DNA from: Diplonema japonicum
Taxonomy: Eukaryota; Protista; Euglenozoa: Diplonemea
Direction: 5' to 3'
Length of the DNA: 64,000 nucleotides
Assembly (NCBI GenBank): GCA_964019335.1
Contig: OZ025683.1
Span: forward strand, 62,001 to 126,000
Shown piece after piece: positions 21,053 to 35,516 of the stretch. The notes beneath the pieces were generated by a model. It made no database searches. It saw only the letters and a program-made list of their open reading frames with translations, and had not been told where the DNA came from. How positions within the stretch are numbered: position 1 is the stretch's first letter; each line of letters starts with the position of its first letter. Made by a program: the position numbers and the translations under genes.

Positions 21053-21567
21053 ATTTTCGATTAGATTATAATCCTATTGTAAAACTTGCAGTCACATACA
21101 ATAGTTAAAAAAGTAAATGTTATGGACAAAACATGGGCAGGGGATATGGGGAAGAGGACAGGGACAGGGACAAAAGAAGAGAAAAAGAAAACAAGTGAAG
21201 GGTGCTTCTTTTTTTCTTTGTGTGGATGGCAAAAAAAAAAATTTTTTTTTACATATCAGCGCCACTCATGACATTCCAGAACATCAAGTTCCTTCCTTCC
21301 TTCCTTCCTTGCTGTTTCCAGGGAGTGATGACCAATCCAGGCAGTCCACGACCTCACAGTTTCCACAGGAAAAAAAAGAAAAGGGGGGGGGGGCAAGACA
21401 GATTTTTTTGGGGGGAGTGACGAAGACAAAAGAACAGATCTCGTCTTTCTTTGTAGCGTCTCTTTTTTTTTTTCATTCTTCCATTGATTGGCTTTCAGCC
21501 CCTCTTTTTTTGGACAATCTAGTTTGAGGGGGGGGGGGGGGGGGGGGGGAGAAGAACAAACGGCCCA

Positions 21568-23842
<2,275 letters not shown>

Positions 23843-23895
23843 TTACCTTTTAGTACATATGAAACACTAAGGTATGGTGATGATAAGAAAGTGTC

Positions 23896-24678
23896 TCACG
23901 AGGAGCTTGAGTCGGAGTCGGAGTCCGAGTCGGTGTTGTATGTGTCGTGCTCGAGAGGCTTTGCTATGTCGAACCTCTTGGGGGCAGGGGTGTCGTCGAC
24001 AGGTTGCTTGCCAAAGCCAATGCCGAGGCCCTTGTTCCTTCTGTTTGCCCTGGCGGTAGAGTCTTGCTTCAGGAGGTTTGCCTCGATCTCCTCGTTGCTT
24101 TCAGATTTGACGGCGGTTTTAATGGATTCGATCTTCTGCAGTTTTGCAGGAAGGAAGATCTGGTATTTTCCTTTAGTGATCATGAGATCCCCGTTTGTAC
24201 CTTTCTTCACCTCTCTGCCGTGGAAGAAGGTCCCTTCTGTTGTCGTCTCTAGTTCTGCGTGGCCATGGTGATCCTTCTTGGCACCCATCAGCTTCTCGAA
24301 CTTCTCCTTCCTCTTCTCGCCGCCAAGGTTTGCCTCGCTCCAGTCGTTCCCCTTCATAACCTTCACACTCTTCTCCTCTTGTTCCTCCTCTCGTTTCCGC
24401 TTCTTGTCCTTTTTGTCTTTCTTTTCTTTCTTCTCCTTCTTCTCTTTCTTTGGCGGTTCCTCGACCACCTTTTCCTTCTTCTCTTTCTTCTCCTTCTTCT
24501 CTTTCTTTTCTTTCTTCTCCTTCTTCGGTGCCTCCTGCACAACAACAACCGGTTCCTTCTTCTCCTTCTTTTCTTTTTTTTCCTTCTTCTCCTTCTTTTC
24601 CTTCTTCTCCTTTTTCGCCACCTCCACTATTTCCTTCTTGTCCTTCTTCTCCTTCTTGTCTTTCTTATCTTTCCCCAT
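23896..24678 (-). CDS. Lys-rich (KKE repeat) protein with SMAP/small-acidic-protein domain
   Basis: KEK repeats, then W...LG..RK.KF.KLMG.KK and GLGIGF. Confidence 0.75.
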   Translation of the reverse strand: MGKDKKDKKEKKDKKEIVEVAKKEKKEKKEKKEKKEKKEKKEPVVVVQEAPKKEKKEKKEKKEKKEKKEKVVEEPPKKEKKEKKEKKDKKDKKRKREEEQEEKSVKVMKGNDWSEANLGGEKRKEKFEKLMGAKKDHHGHAELETTTEGTFFHGREVKKGTNGDLMITKGKYQIFLPAKLQKIESIKTAVKSESNEEIEANLLKQDSTARANRRNKGLGIGFGKQPVDDTPAPKRFDIAKPLEHDTYNTDSDSDSDSSSS

Positions 24679-24821
24679 TTTGTATTGCGAATTCTGATCA
24701 ACCTATAGTAATATGTAAATAACGCAGGGGGAGGGGAGAGAAAAGGATTACGAGAAAGTAATAGCTCAATATTACTTCGAAGAAGGATAGTGTCTCTATA
24801 GGGAGGGGAGGGGGGGTCTGC

Positions 24822-26220
24822 CTAGCCCTTAACGCACACGATCTGTTTCAGCCTAGCTACGATATCGATAAGGTCCGACTGCGCATCAATAACAGCTGCA
24901 ATGGGCTTGTAGGCCATGGGCGTTTCATCCAAAACATCCTTGTCCTTTCTGCACTCGATACCTTCCGTGGCAGCCATGTGCTCTTGGATTGAAAAGGTCC
25001 TCCTTGCCTGTACCCTGCTCATCTCCCTTCCAGCGCCATGCGAACACGAACAGAAGGAATCGGCATTCCCCTTCCCTCTAACTATGTAACAGTCCGTTCC
25101 CATAGACCCCGGGATGATCCCCAACTCGCCCTCCCCAGCCCGCACAGCACCCTTCCTCGTCACCCAGACGTCCTTCCCGAAATGACGTTCCTTTTCAACA
25201 TAATTGTGATGGCAGTTTATAGCCTTACCGACAGCCTGTGTTGTGTTGTTGTTTTGAATAAAAATAGCGTCCAAAGCATACCTTGAACGGTGGGATCCCC
25301 TTCGTTCTCCTCAAGGCCTCGATCATGTTCTCCATCATGATCATCCTGTTCATCTTTGCATAGTGCTGTGCCCACCCCACACCCTCCACGTAGTCATCGA
25401 AATAGTCACTACCCTCGCGGATGTAAGCTAAGTCTTGGTCAGGGAGGTTGCTGAGATGCTGTGTTGTGTTGTTTGGTTGCCTTGTGTCTGTGCATACCTT
25501 GCCCATGTCTTGTTTTGCGAGCTCGATGAAAGAGAAGCCAATGGCATTGCCTACACCCCTGCTGCCGGAGTGCAGCATGAGCCACACCTTGTCATGTTCG
25601 TCCAGGTGGACTTCAAGGAAATGGTTGCCCGTGCCCAGTGTACCAAGGTGGTTGTCGTTGTTGGTGTAGGCTAGGCGTGGGTAGCGTGAGACCAGGCGAT
25701 CAAAGCCGGGTTTGAGGTCGTTTTTCCAGACCTGCATCACACGGTCAGTGGGGTTGCCCCTCCACCCACCGACGTCGAGGCCTTTCTTCCCATTGTGCGT
25801 CCTGCCGTGCGGGACGAGCATCTCGATGTTGGTGCGGAGCTCCACCAGCGAGTCAGGGAGGTCATTGGCCGTGAGGGATGTTTCTGCCGCGATCATGCCG
25901 CACCCGATGTCCACACCAACAGCTGCAGGGATGATCGCGTTCTGTGTGGGGATGACAGTGCCCACTGTGGCCGCCTTCCCATAGTGCACGTCAGGCATGA
26001 CTGCAATGTGTTTGAACACAACGGGTAGCTGCGAGCAAGCCCTTATCTGTTCCAATGCCCCGGAGTCCATGGACACACCATCCACCCACGCCTTGATGTC
26101 TACTTTACTGTTCTCATCCTTTAAACTCCGCCACCTTGCCTGACCTATGTTGGTCACGTCTACTCTTACACTCCCCGCAAGGGACGCAAGAGAGCTGAGT
26201 CCCTTGTTGCTTCGAAACAT
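24822..26220 (-). CDS. rtcB: RtcB RNA 3'-phosphate/5'-OH ligase, bacterial type, with putative mitochondrial presequence; introns 25236-25281 and 25459-25497
   Basis: MPDVHYG, GVDIGCGM, LGTLGTGNHF, HSGSRG, CHHNY, TRKGA, IPGSMG, SCSHGAGR, DETP.AYK, final VKG. Confidence 0.95.
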
Positions 26221-26705
26221 GACACCTTACCAGCTGCTTGGTGTTTGATATGCAGAGAAAGAAAAGAAAATGGAACTCGACGTGCAAAACAAAAACAGCC
26301 AAAAAGAGAAGAAGGGGGGGGGATATAAATATCATACTAACCCATAAATAAGTACACCAACCCAGCAAAGAACATCATATGCGGCTTCTTTTTTTATTTG
26401 TACTTCTGTACATATTCACGGAACCCACCGCCTTTTCGCGGTGCTTTATACCAACAATCAAAGGCGATAGGTGAGAACCTAAGGCGTCCTGTCGATTCGT
26501 GGCAGCCGCAAACCCGCCTCTGCATTGCCATTCAGGCACACGTGCCCTTGGAGCTCGAGTAACAGTAAAGTTACCCTTTAGCAATTATGAAGAGGGAGGG
26601 AGGGTACATTTGTTATCCGAAAACAAGAGAAAACGGGGGGAAATAAATTTAGGGGTACAAACATAAAAGAAGAATCTTAATATCGCAAAAAGAACTTTGT
26701 TTGGT

Positions 26706-28938
26706 TCATGAATACAGCCTGCGCTTGAGGCCCGGAGGTGGGGTTGAGTTGCGGTGTGGGGGGCTGCCACGCATCCTCGAAGGAGTGCTTCTAGGCGTCC
26801 TTGCGCGTGAAGAGGAGGATGACTGCCTCGTACTTGAGGCCTGGTGGTGGTTGGGCGACAGTGCCGTCTGGCACTCTCTCCTCAGCCAAGCTATTTCTTG
26901 TTCCCGCTGCTGCAGCATTGCGCCTTGTGTCAACATCACATCGACAGCTTTTGCCAAGCTCCCTGTGAAGTGTCCCTCTCCGCCCTGGACGCCGATGAAC
27001 AAACTCGACTCTCGTAGTTCCTGAAGGAATTGTTGCCCATGTCTGTAGTCATACCTGGTTTTCCTGCACCAGTTCATCAATCCTCGCTTTCTGCTGCGCC
27101 ACCACACCCTCCAAAGGGTTGACACCGGGGCCCATGTGGTAGTTCGACGAGTAGTACTGCGTGGGGCTCTGGTACGATCCTGACGACCCCCGCGACCGTG
27201 CAGGCGACTTGCGAGGTGATGTGCTGTAGCTCCTTGTCTCCACTTCGCTCTTTGTCGCCGGTCGTAAATACTGCTTGGACCCCCTCAGCTTCCCTTGGCT
27301 CGAGCCTGAGAACGTCCTTCGGTATTCATAGTCGCTGCTCACGTACCCGTGCCTCGGGGTGGTTTCGATGCCCTCCCCTTCCCCCTTCAATGGGGTTATC
27401 ACATTCTCCTCCGGTGTGGAAGGTGAGCCCACACCAATCGACACCTTAACTATATTTGGGGATTCGAGGCTTACTTCATCCTGCGGTGCTTCTTTGATCT
27501 CTTCTGAGTCTTTCGGTGTCACTTCTTCGACGTCCTGTGTCCCTTGCGTGGCATCATCGTCGTTCCCTGTTGTGTCCTTCGCGTCGTCTGCCTCAGGTGT
27601 CTCGTTGTCTTCGATGTGTTTCGAGTCGGCCTCCCCCTCGGTGGTGCTGTCCATTCTATCTATATCCACTTCAGCAGCCTCATTCACCTCCAGGTGTTTC
27701 GAGTCGCTTTCGTCTTCTACTATGGTCTCACTCTTCTCGATAGTAGTCGCCTGTCCGGGTTCCTCTGTTGTCACAGTGGCCTGTTCGGGTTCCTCTTCCG
27801 TTGTCAGAGTGGGTTCCTCTTCTGTTGTCAGAGTAGCCTCTTTGGGTTCCTCTTCTGCTGCCGCCGCCTGGGAGTTTTCATCGCTTTCATCTGGTAGGCT
27901 CTCTTGCCTCTCATTCATGGCAACCTGGCTCTCGTCGCTACTATATTCGCCACTTTCCAAGAAAACCATTTCTGGCTCTGCAACCTCAGCCTCTTCCACG
28001 GCAACTGGATGTGCGGCATTTACAACATCTGTGACGATGCTAGACGGCGGCTCGGGGTAGCCAACAGGCAGTTTGAGCTTATTTAACGCTTTTACTGCAA
28101 GCAGGCCTGCTGTCAGTTTGAAGCCTGTGGGTGACTTAATAACCCCCCTTTTCTTTTAAATACCCGCCATTCTTTTTTTCTTGCATGCTTCATTTTCCTC
28201 ATTCTCATCACCTTCTTCCTCTGTTCGTGTAACTCCATCTTCGCTCCGCCTTGGTGCCACCTCGGATGCTGGCTCATCTGTGAGGCCGTCCTGCTGGTCA
28301 GTGCGATCCTCGTCAGGCTGCTCGGACATGGGTGTCATGGCTGACGGGTGCTTCATAGGTTCTGTCATGACCTCGTGCAAGCCAGAATCGCAGGAGTTGC
28401 TAGTGTTCGTCGCCACACGTGGTGGCATATCTTCGTCGTTCACAGCTGTCGCCGCAGCATTCTCAAGTATACTGGCTACAATGGGGTCGATGTACTGGTT
28501 GATTTCATTGTCCTCGTCGTTCTTAGGCGAGGCACTGCGCACAGTCACTTCCTCTTCCGGTGGTGCTTCAGCAGGTTCTTCCTCAGACTCTATCTCGACT
28601 CGTGACTGCAACGAACTCTCTTCGCTGTCCGAATCGCTGCCTATCTTGATTGCCTCAGGGCTGCACAAAACAGGTGACTCCAAAGCCTCTCCCTGTATCT
28701 CCACACTTGCGAACGACGCCTGCAGCGATTCCCGATCCCGAGGTGTCGCCTCGTGTCCCCGTTCTGCCACGGGTAGCTCCTCGTCACTGCCACTGGCCAG
28801 TCCCTTCTCGTTCACTACTTCTTCAACCAACACCTTGTCCTTCTCCTTGGCTGTCATGCGTGTCGCGGTGAAGATGGAGCCTAACGAGAGCAGCCCGACA
28901 CCAACGGCACCTATGCTCTTCCATCTGTTGTTCTCCAT
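26706..28938 (-). CDS. Large acidic disordered protein with N-terminal hydrophobic anchor and C-terminal coiled coil (introns 27021-27054, 28125-28163)
   Basis: Two GT-AG introns join ORFs 28156, 27049 and 26706 in frame. It could instead be two genes. Confidence 0.6.
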
Positions 28939-29008
28939 GCTACCTGGTGCTGTGGTATGTTGAGGTTGTAGGTTTGAGTGGTGTGTTGTGTAAGGGACTC
29001 GCAAAGGA

Positions 29009-29489
29009 CTACTTTCTAGGGGCAGTGGGATTGAAATACTCCGAGCCGCAGGGAGGCCCACTAGGGCTGTGCTGGTCGAGGTTGTGGAATGGCGGGAGGT
29101 CGAGGAGGGTGGTGAGCTCTTGTGTAAGTTCAGCTGGGCGGGCGGGCAGGCAGGCGGGGTGCACTTGAAGCAGACTTCCAGTGGCTGAGCTGGTTCCAAG
29201 GAGCCTTGCCTTGCTAGCAGTGAGAGATGCCTCCGTCTGCGCGATCCTTTTGTCCAGTGTCGACACCCGTTCTTGTATTCTGCACAGCGACACTTCGATG
29301 TGCCCAGCAAGCTCTCCAAGATTCTGGTTTTTCTTTCTCCCAGTATTAGCAGCATACCTCAATAACTCCCAGCAGCGATCCCACCAGTGCCTCGTTTAAC
29401 GTGCCAGTTCCCTCTTTAACCCCATTCCCCAGTAGCCCCATGCCTACCCTTTCATGGCTGGGCACGACTTTCAAACACACGCCTGGCAT
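29009..29489 (-). CDS. SCAR/WAVE homology domain-like protein (intron 29324-29357 plus a probable upstream intron)
   Basis: MP..VVPSH...SLLGVIENLGELAGHIE...RI...RPAEL...PPFHNLD....G.PC..EYFNP follows the WAVE N-terminal domain pattern. Confidence 0.5.
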
Positions 29490-30274
29490 GTTCGCGCCTG
29501 TGTGGACTTCACGGTGTTATACAGCAAAATAGTACATAAGAAAAAAAAAAAAAAAGCCCAATCAGTGGGAAACCAAGTACTTAAGTATTATAATAAGGAA
29601 TAAAAGACTACTTGGGAAGAAGTGTTAGCAACAACCCAGCAAGAAACAGAAAAAAATATGAACCGAGAAAACAAAAAAAAGCGGGAGGGTGGGGGAGGGG
29701 TGGAAAAACACACAACCTCGGCAAACATGCCCCCCTTACCTCAGGCTAGGCGTTGTTCGGTGATTTTCTTATCTTTTTTGTTGGTTCTAAAGAGATACAG
29801 CACTTAGCCTGACCCTCCTCTTGGATTCCTTGCTCTTCCATGAGTGCGGAAGTCTACAGCAGGTTCGACTCAAGGATTTGTACTCCTGAACTTTGCTAAG
29901 CAAATCTCAGAACTCAGACGATAAATTGCATAGTCTTGACAGATGAGCAATTCTATCTTTTTTCTTCTTTTTTTTCCTTCTTTTGGAATTTAACTGCTGA
30001 TAAGACTGTCCTCGAGGGTTCACTAATCCTCCAATGAACAACTTGAAAATCGAACAAAAGCAAATTGAAAAGTCAAAAAAAAGGGGGGGAGAGGCGGCTT
30101 GGGGCAGCCCCTTGTCAGCAACACTAACAAACCAAACATCTGGAGAAGCAAACTAAAACTAAATCAAAGGGACAAAATTCAGCTGGGGGGGGGGGGGGGG
30201 GGGGGGTCACAAGCAGAAAACACCTTTGCCCTGTGATTGCCCGCCGGGAAACAGTAAGGAAAACCACCTTAGTG

Positions 30275-31955
30275 TTATTCTCTGGAAGGCCCGATCTCGG
30301 CAGGGGTCAAAGAGATCTTTGTCACCGAGTCGGCTTCCCAAGAGTCTGCGGGTGTTTTGTGAGGTTTGCATTTGTTGATTCATACCACCGTTTCCAATAT
30401 GCACCCAAGCGTCCATTTCCTGCGGCATAAGCTCTACTCTGTGCTCCTCTTCGCTCTTGATGTAGCCAAGACCTTCCTTCATATTGTCATCAATGCCCAG
30501 CTTCCACTTGTTGTGCGGGTCTGAGAAAATCCTCCACACTGTCAACTCGGGGTTGGTCTCACCCGTACGCTTCCAGTAGGGGTGACCCCTTACTGTTTTC
30601 TTTGTATCCAGGTGGTACTCACCCACGGCTTCAGGCAGCGATGCCGCTGTCACATACAGAACCTTGGGCACCGTGTCTTTGAAGTCCAGATCAGGTTCCG
30701 CCTCAACAGCGGGTTTGGTCTCCACAGGTGCCTTCTTCGCTAGCTTGTCGAACATCCCAATGTAGGTAGCTTTGTCCTTTTTCTTCTGTTTAATTTCTGC
30801 CTTTGCCACAAGGTCGAGTTCGGTCTTTGCCGCCGCGTTGTCTGGCTGAAGAAGAAGCACCATCCTGGCATCAGCACGGCACCCTTCGTAGTCGGCACGG
30901 AGCCTTCTTGCCTTCGTACGCCTTTGCAGAGCGCGTAGGTTCTTCGAGTCGATCTCCAATGCCTTGGTGCAGTTCCCCTCCGCATTGGCGTACGACTGCA
31001 TCTCAAGCTGCACGGCGGCAAGGTTTGTGAGCAGCGGAAGTCGTACCTTCTTCAGTGCCGCATCGTCACCTTCGATGTAGGTCAGCCCCGCATCGTACTT
31101 TGCAGCAGCCCTCCAGAATTTCTTAGCTTTGTACAGATCGTTGCCTTCTACTTTTCTGAGCTCGCCCTCCCGGATCTTGTCCTCCGTCGTCGTCACCTCG
31201 TATGTCTGCTTCACATTCTTGAACTCCCCGATTGCAATAACTACCTTCGCATCCGGACCCTCCACTCCGTATTGCGACCAGTTGCCCCCTTTGATGACAA
31301 ATCGTGCTGTTTCATTGGCAGTCATGGTCTTGACAGCCAGTTCGATCTGGTCGCTGACCATCTGGTCGCCCATGATGACGTCCTGCTTGAAAACCGGTGT
31401 GAGAGATGAGCAGTCGGTGGGGTCTTCTTCCTCATCTTCACCGTTGTTGTACTTCTCAACAGAGTAGATGGTGAGGGGCACCGTAGACTCGTAGAGGGGC
31501 TTTGTGAAGGACATCTCTGCGGGGACCAGTATGTCCTTCATCATCGACCCGTTCTTCTTCTCGGAGCAGTCTTCGTATGAAGTCCACGAGAGCAGCTCCA
31601 CATCGAACACGAGAGTGGCTGCAGGGGGGATGGCAGGCACCTTACCCTCCTCCCCATATGCCAGGGAGTGGTGGATGGTAAGCACCGACCTTTCCCCCTT
31701 CCTCATGGTAGAGATACCATGATCCCACCCCTTGATCACCTGTCCCTTGCCAATCGTAAAGTTGATGGCCTCATTCCTATCCCTGCTAGAATCGAACTGT
31801 GTTCCAGACGTGAACGTCCCCACGTAGTGCACGAACACCTTCGCCCCCGCACGAGGCGTCGCCTTCCCCCTCCCAACCTTGACACATTTCTTTATCAGCT
31901 TCTCATCCCCCAGGACATCGATCACCTGCCCTTCTTCAGTTGCAATCTTGCTCAT
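30275..31955 (-). CDS. FKBP-type peptidyl-prolyl isomerase with TPRs (FKBP4/FKBP62-like); intron 30346-30385
   Basis: VHYVG, FDSSRDR, GQVIKGWD, AYG, IPPAATLVFDVELL; second FKBP-like domain; TPRs (KVEGNDLYK, NLAA, KALEID). Confidence 0.92.
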
Positions 31956-32044
31956 CTTCCTTTTTATATTTTCCTGTGGAGCAAGGTTCACGTAAGGCCA
32001 CAGTGTCAAAAGAGAATAAAACTAACTATTATAAAACATACAAT

Positions 32045-33028
32045 CTATTCTTCAAACCCCTCTTCCTCTTCCCCTTCCCCCTCCCCATACTGCGCCAGCA
32101 GTTGTTGTTGTTTCCGCCGCTGCCGCTCCTCTTCCAGTGCTTTTTTCTCCTCTTCCTTCTCACGTTGCCATTCAGCTGTTGGAACAGAAAACTCGTGCTC
32201 GTTGCGGCCAAGGTTCCAGCCTGACTTGGGCCGCTGCCATGGTAGGGCATCCTCGTCAATGTCGGTGGGGAGGGTTCCAAGAATAGTACGTGGTATGTAA
32301 GGGTTCTCAGGGTTATTTGCGAAGGAGTAGGGGCCGGGGGCAAGAGGGCCTATGGTGCCCTTAATCTCCCCCCTGCCTCTTGTTATATTGAGGAGGTCTC
32401 TCGTGACGACGGGGTTGCCCCGCATCAGCACACCAGTCACATCTTCGTCCGAGATAAGCGCCGACGCCTTGGAATCGAGCTTAGGGACATCCTTCAGTCT
32501 CGGCTTCCAGTTCTGTGTTGCGGGCAGCACGTAAGGTGTTGGGCCTCCTTTGACCCCGTCTGGGTACATGCGTAGCTCAGGTTGTGCATGTCTTCCGTCA
32601 GGGTTGTAGGGAAGGTCCATCTGTCTCCCTGTAGGTGTTTCAGAGAAGTCTTTGACGAGGTCAGGCCGTGTTTCGTACTGCATGGGGAACCTCTCCCTAA
32701 GTGAGGCCACGTGCCCGTAATGATCTTTCAACGGCATGTCGGGCTGTCGTAAGTAATAACCTGTCTCGTCCACGCCGTGCAAGCCTGCAGTGCTGAGAGT
32801 GGCTGTCGAACGGGGGAAGGTCAGTGGGAGGTTCAAGACAGGGGCATCCTCCTGGGGTTTCTCTTCCACTCTCAGTTTAACACTTCGCGGCAGGGACGGC
32901 AAAGGCTCAGGGATATGCTTGTAGTTGCTAGTTCTTTTATCTTCGTTTGCATACAACCAGCAGGCACATAATGCAAACAGGAAGGCAAGGGTCACCAAAA
33001 CTATTACTAAAACTACCCATAGTTCCAT
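32045..33028 (-). CDS. Hypothetical single-pass membrane protein
   Basis: N-terminal hydrophobic helix, Pro-rich body, charged tail. Confidence 0.7.
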   Translation of the reverse strand: MELWVVLVIVLVTLAFLFALCACWLYANEDKRTSNYKHIPEPLPSLPRSVKLRVEEKPQEDAPVLNLPLTFPRSTATLSTAGLHGVDETGYYLRQPDMPLKDHYGHVASLRERFPMQYETRPDLVKDFSETPTGRQMDLPYNPDGRHAQPELRMYPDGVKGGPTPYVLPATQNWKPRLKDVPKLDSKASALISDEDVTGVLMRGNPVVTRDLLNITRGRGEIKGTIGPLAPGPYSFANNPENPYIPRTILGTLPTDIDEDALPWQRPKSGWNLGRNEHEFSVPTAEWQREKEEEKKALEEERQRRKQQQLLAQYGEGEGEEEEGFEE

Positions 33029-33724
33029 TCGTACTGTGGGCAATAGTTGTGTGGAGGAAGAAGAATAATGAACCAATGAATTAGAATATTGTTTTTTTTT
33101 TTTTTTTTTTTTCTTCTTCTTTTCTTTTTTTTAAAAAATAAAGGGCTTCAACTGGCTTTTCAACCCAACCCAACGGGCTGCGAAAGGAACCAAAAGGAGA
33201 TACAACAGAAAAACAAAAATCACTCATTTCCTTAGTTCTTCGCCTGGTGTAGGCGGCCCACTGTCTTTAACTTTTCGTCGATGCAGGGTCTTAGGTTGGC
33301 CGTCGAAAAAGGGGGGGGTGGGGCAATAAAGGGGAGGGGAGGCACTGAGCGAGATCCAACAATAAAGTAAAGTACACCGAAGGTCTCATGAAAATCTACT
33401 ACCCACCCCACAAAGAGTGGCCTGCTCACCTAGTCTTTTATGATGCCATCAGGGGCTGAGCCCCTGCAGCGTATGGTGACAAGTCTGCACGAGAGCAAGG
33501 TCCTTGTTCGGAATCAAGAAAATCAAAAACATTGGCTTTTTTTTTTATCTCCACTTTTTTTTCTCATTTCCGCTTCAAGATCTTTACAAACCCTTCACTT
33601 CAGGGACGGGTGACGGAACCGGGAAAAAAAAAAAGAAAAAGAAAATTATATAAGAGATAAAGGAGGCCAGTGTTGATGGCACCCTGTGGGAAAAAAAAAA
33701 GAACACAAGCGAAGGGCAAATATC

Positions 33725-34130
33725 TTACTTCTTGATGATGAGGGGGCCAACGTTGTCCCCAGTCGCCTTGTTGTGTGCGTTGTGCGAGCCTACGCGTTGT
33801 TCAAATATTATGTAAAAAAAAAAAAGAAAAATAATACCATCACAGTAAGGGAAGTTCTTGGACTTCCAGCACCTGCACATCACAAGCTGGTCTTTGCCGG
33901 CCGTTGCCATGGCTTCTGGGATGGGAATGGTGTCGGCCACCTATTCAGAAAATGTAATGTTTATGTTATGCTACACAAGAACAGCACACCTTATCCTTGT
34001 CCAACTGGATCTTGTTGTTGATCCTCTTCGACACACGAGCACCCCCGGGCACCATGCTCCACAGCCCGAGGAGGATGAAGAGAGCTGTCACAGTCACACT
34101 GCCCAAAAAGATCATCTCGTCAGGGTTCAT
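33725..34130 (-). CDS. CISD: CDGSH iron-sulfur (NEET/CISD) protein; introns 33790-33837, 33941-33989
   Basis: Spliced product has an N-terminal TM segment, IN.KI..DKDKVAD, and [26 protein letters not shown]. Confidence 0.93.
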
Positions 34131-34391
34131 CTTGGAGAGCTCTTCAGTGGTCTGATAGTTTAAATATTACATTTATTCTTCTTTTTTTCCCATTTTCTTT
34201 TCAATCCACACCTTGGAAAGGGGCAGGTCAGCCAGGTACTGGGGCACCTTGACCTTCACGAATTCATAAACAAACGAGCAAACCATTTTTTCTTCTTTTG
34301 TCAATTTCCTTCTTTGTTCAAATTACTAACAAATATTGTCCAAAGAAAAAAAAGGAAAAGAAAAAAAAAAGAAAACTGCTAAATACTGTGC

Positions 34392-35348
34392 TCAGCTGCG
34401 CCATGATACGGGTGATGTGGACTTCGACCTGCCGCCATGGATGCCCATACGCCGTAGTCGTTGTCCCTTTCGCATCAAATCGGGTGTCGTGGGGGCGCCT
34501 GTTGCAAGCTTCTCTTTAAGTCTCTTGGTGTCTGTCCCGAAGTCAGACTCGTACCACTTCCAAGGTCCGTACGACCCTGGGTCATCTGGGATCACCTGCG
34601 GGCTGGGGTTGTGTGGTGCCTTGCGAGACAGCCTGTAGCAACCTGGGAGTGCATAGACCTGCTCACCGTAACCACTTTTCAGTCTCCCTGAGTTGTTGTC
34701 TCTCGCGATGCTCTTCCGCAGCTCTTCTTGGCTCAGAACGAGCCTCACAAGAAGCTCTACATGCCTGTACACATCTCCATAAGTGTCCAAAAGGTTTGCT
34801 ATCTTCCCCCCTCCATAGTCCCTCGCCAGCATGTTCGCAAACTGCCCTACTGTCCGGTGTTTCGAGTGAATCCATCTCACACACTTTTCTATTTCAAGCT
34901 CGTCGGCAAATTTTATTGTTGCTTTCAAAATCGGAAGAAAGTCCAGCATGCTGGTACCTGCGCCCATCCTGTAGTCGTAGCCATTGGAGTACGGGTTCTC
35001 ATCCAGCATCGGTGCGTCTCCCCGCCGACGCACCATGGCAACCCTCTCGTTGTGCTCCTTGAAGGACACCTCGTTCATGATCACCTTTTCAAACATTGTT
35101 GCTCGCTTGGCTGATGCATGCAGCTCTTTATCTCTCTCTTTCTGCATTTTGTTTATCGACAGCCTTGTCGGGCTTGCCTTGTCATCGTCTTTCAGCATCC
35201 GCCTCAGCCTCATTGACCGCAATGGTTTGCCTCCCAGCATCTCCGCCACCCTTTGCTCTTTCCCCCCCCATGAATATGACTGCTTCAACTTGGTGTCTGA
35301 CCAGGCCGAAGCCAGGTTCATCACCCTTTTCCCTCTCGCACCGCTCAT
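34392..35348 (-). CDS. Hypothetical basic protein
   Basis: 318-aa ORF on the cluster strand; no family recognised. Confidence 0.7.
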   Translation of the reverse strand: MSGARGKRVMNLASAWSDTKLKQSYSWGGKEQRVAEMLGGKPLRSMRLRRMLKDDDKASPTRLSINKMQKERDKELHASAKRATMFEKVIMNEVSFKEHNERVAMVRRRGDAPMLDENPYSNGYDYRMGAGTSMLDFLPILKATIKFADELEIEKCVRWIHSKHRTVGQFANMLARDYGGGKIANLLDTYGDVYRHVELLVRLVLSQEELRKSIARDNNSGRLKSGYGEQVYALPGCYRLSRKAPHNPSPQVIPDDPGSYGPWKWYESDFGTDTKRLKEKLATGAPTTPDLMRKGQRLRRMGIHGGRSKSTSPVSWRS

Positions 35349-35516
35349 TGTGCACCCCTTCCTTGAGTGTTTAAGGTTTTCAAAGGATGGGAATGATATA
35401 AACAGCTGTAAAATCTAAAGTTACATAATTCCTACAGGTTTATAGTCTATCTAATCTTCCGGTTAACAAAAAGCACCCGAATGGAGCAGAACGCACACAT
35501 GGTATGCACCACCACA

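Noticed and set aside
3821-21064. Long antisense ORFs over the family genes (e.g. 3821-4831, 5275-6351, 20048-21064; also 57267-58121)
   Set aside because: They are shadows of GC3-rich codon usage, with ends that vary between copies and no protein-like features.
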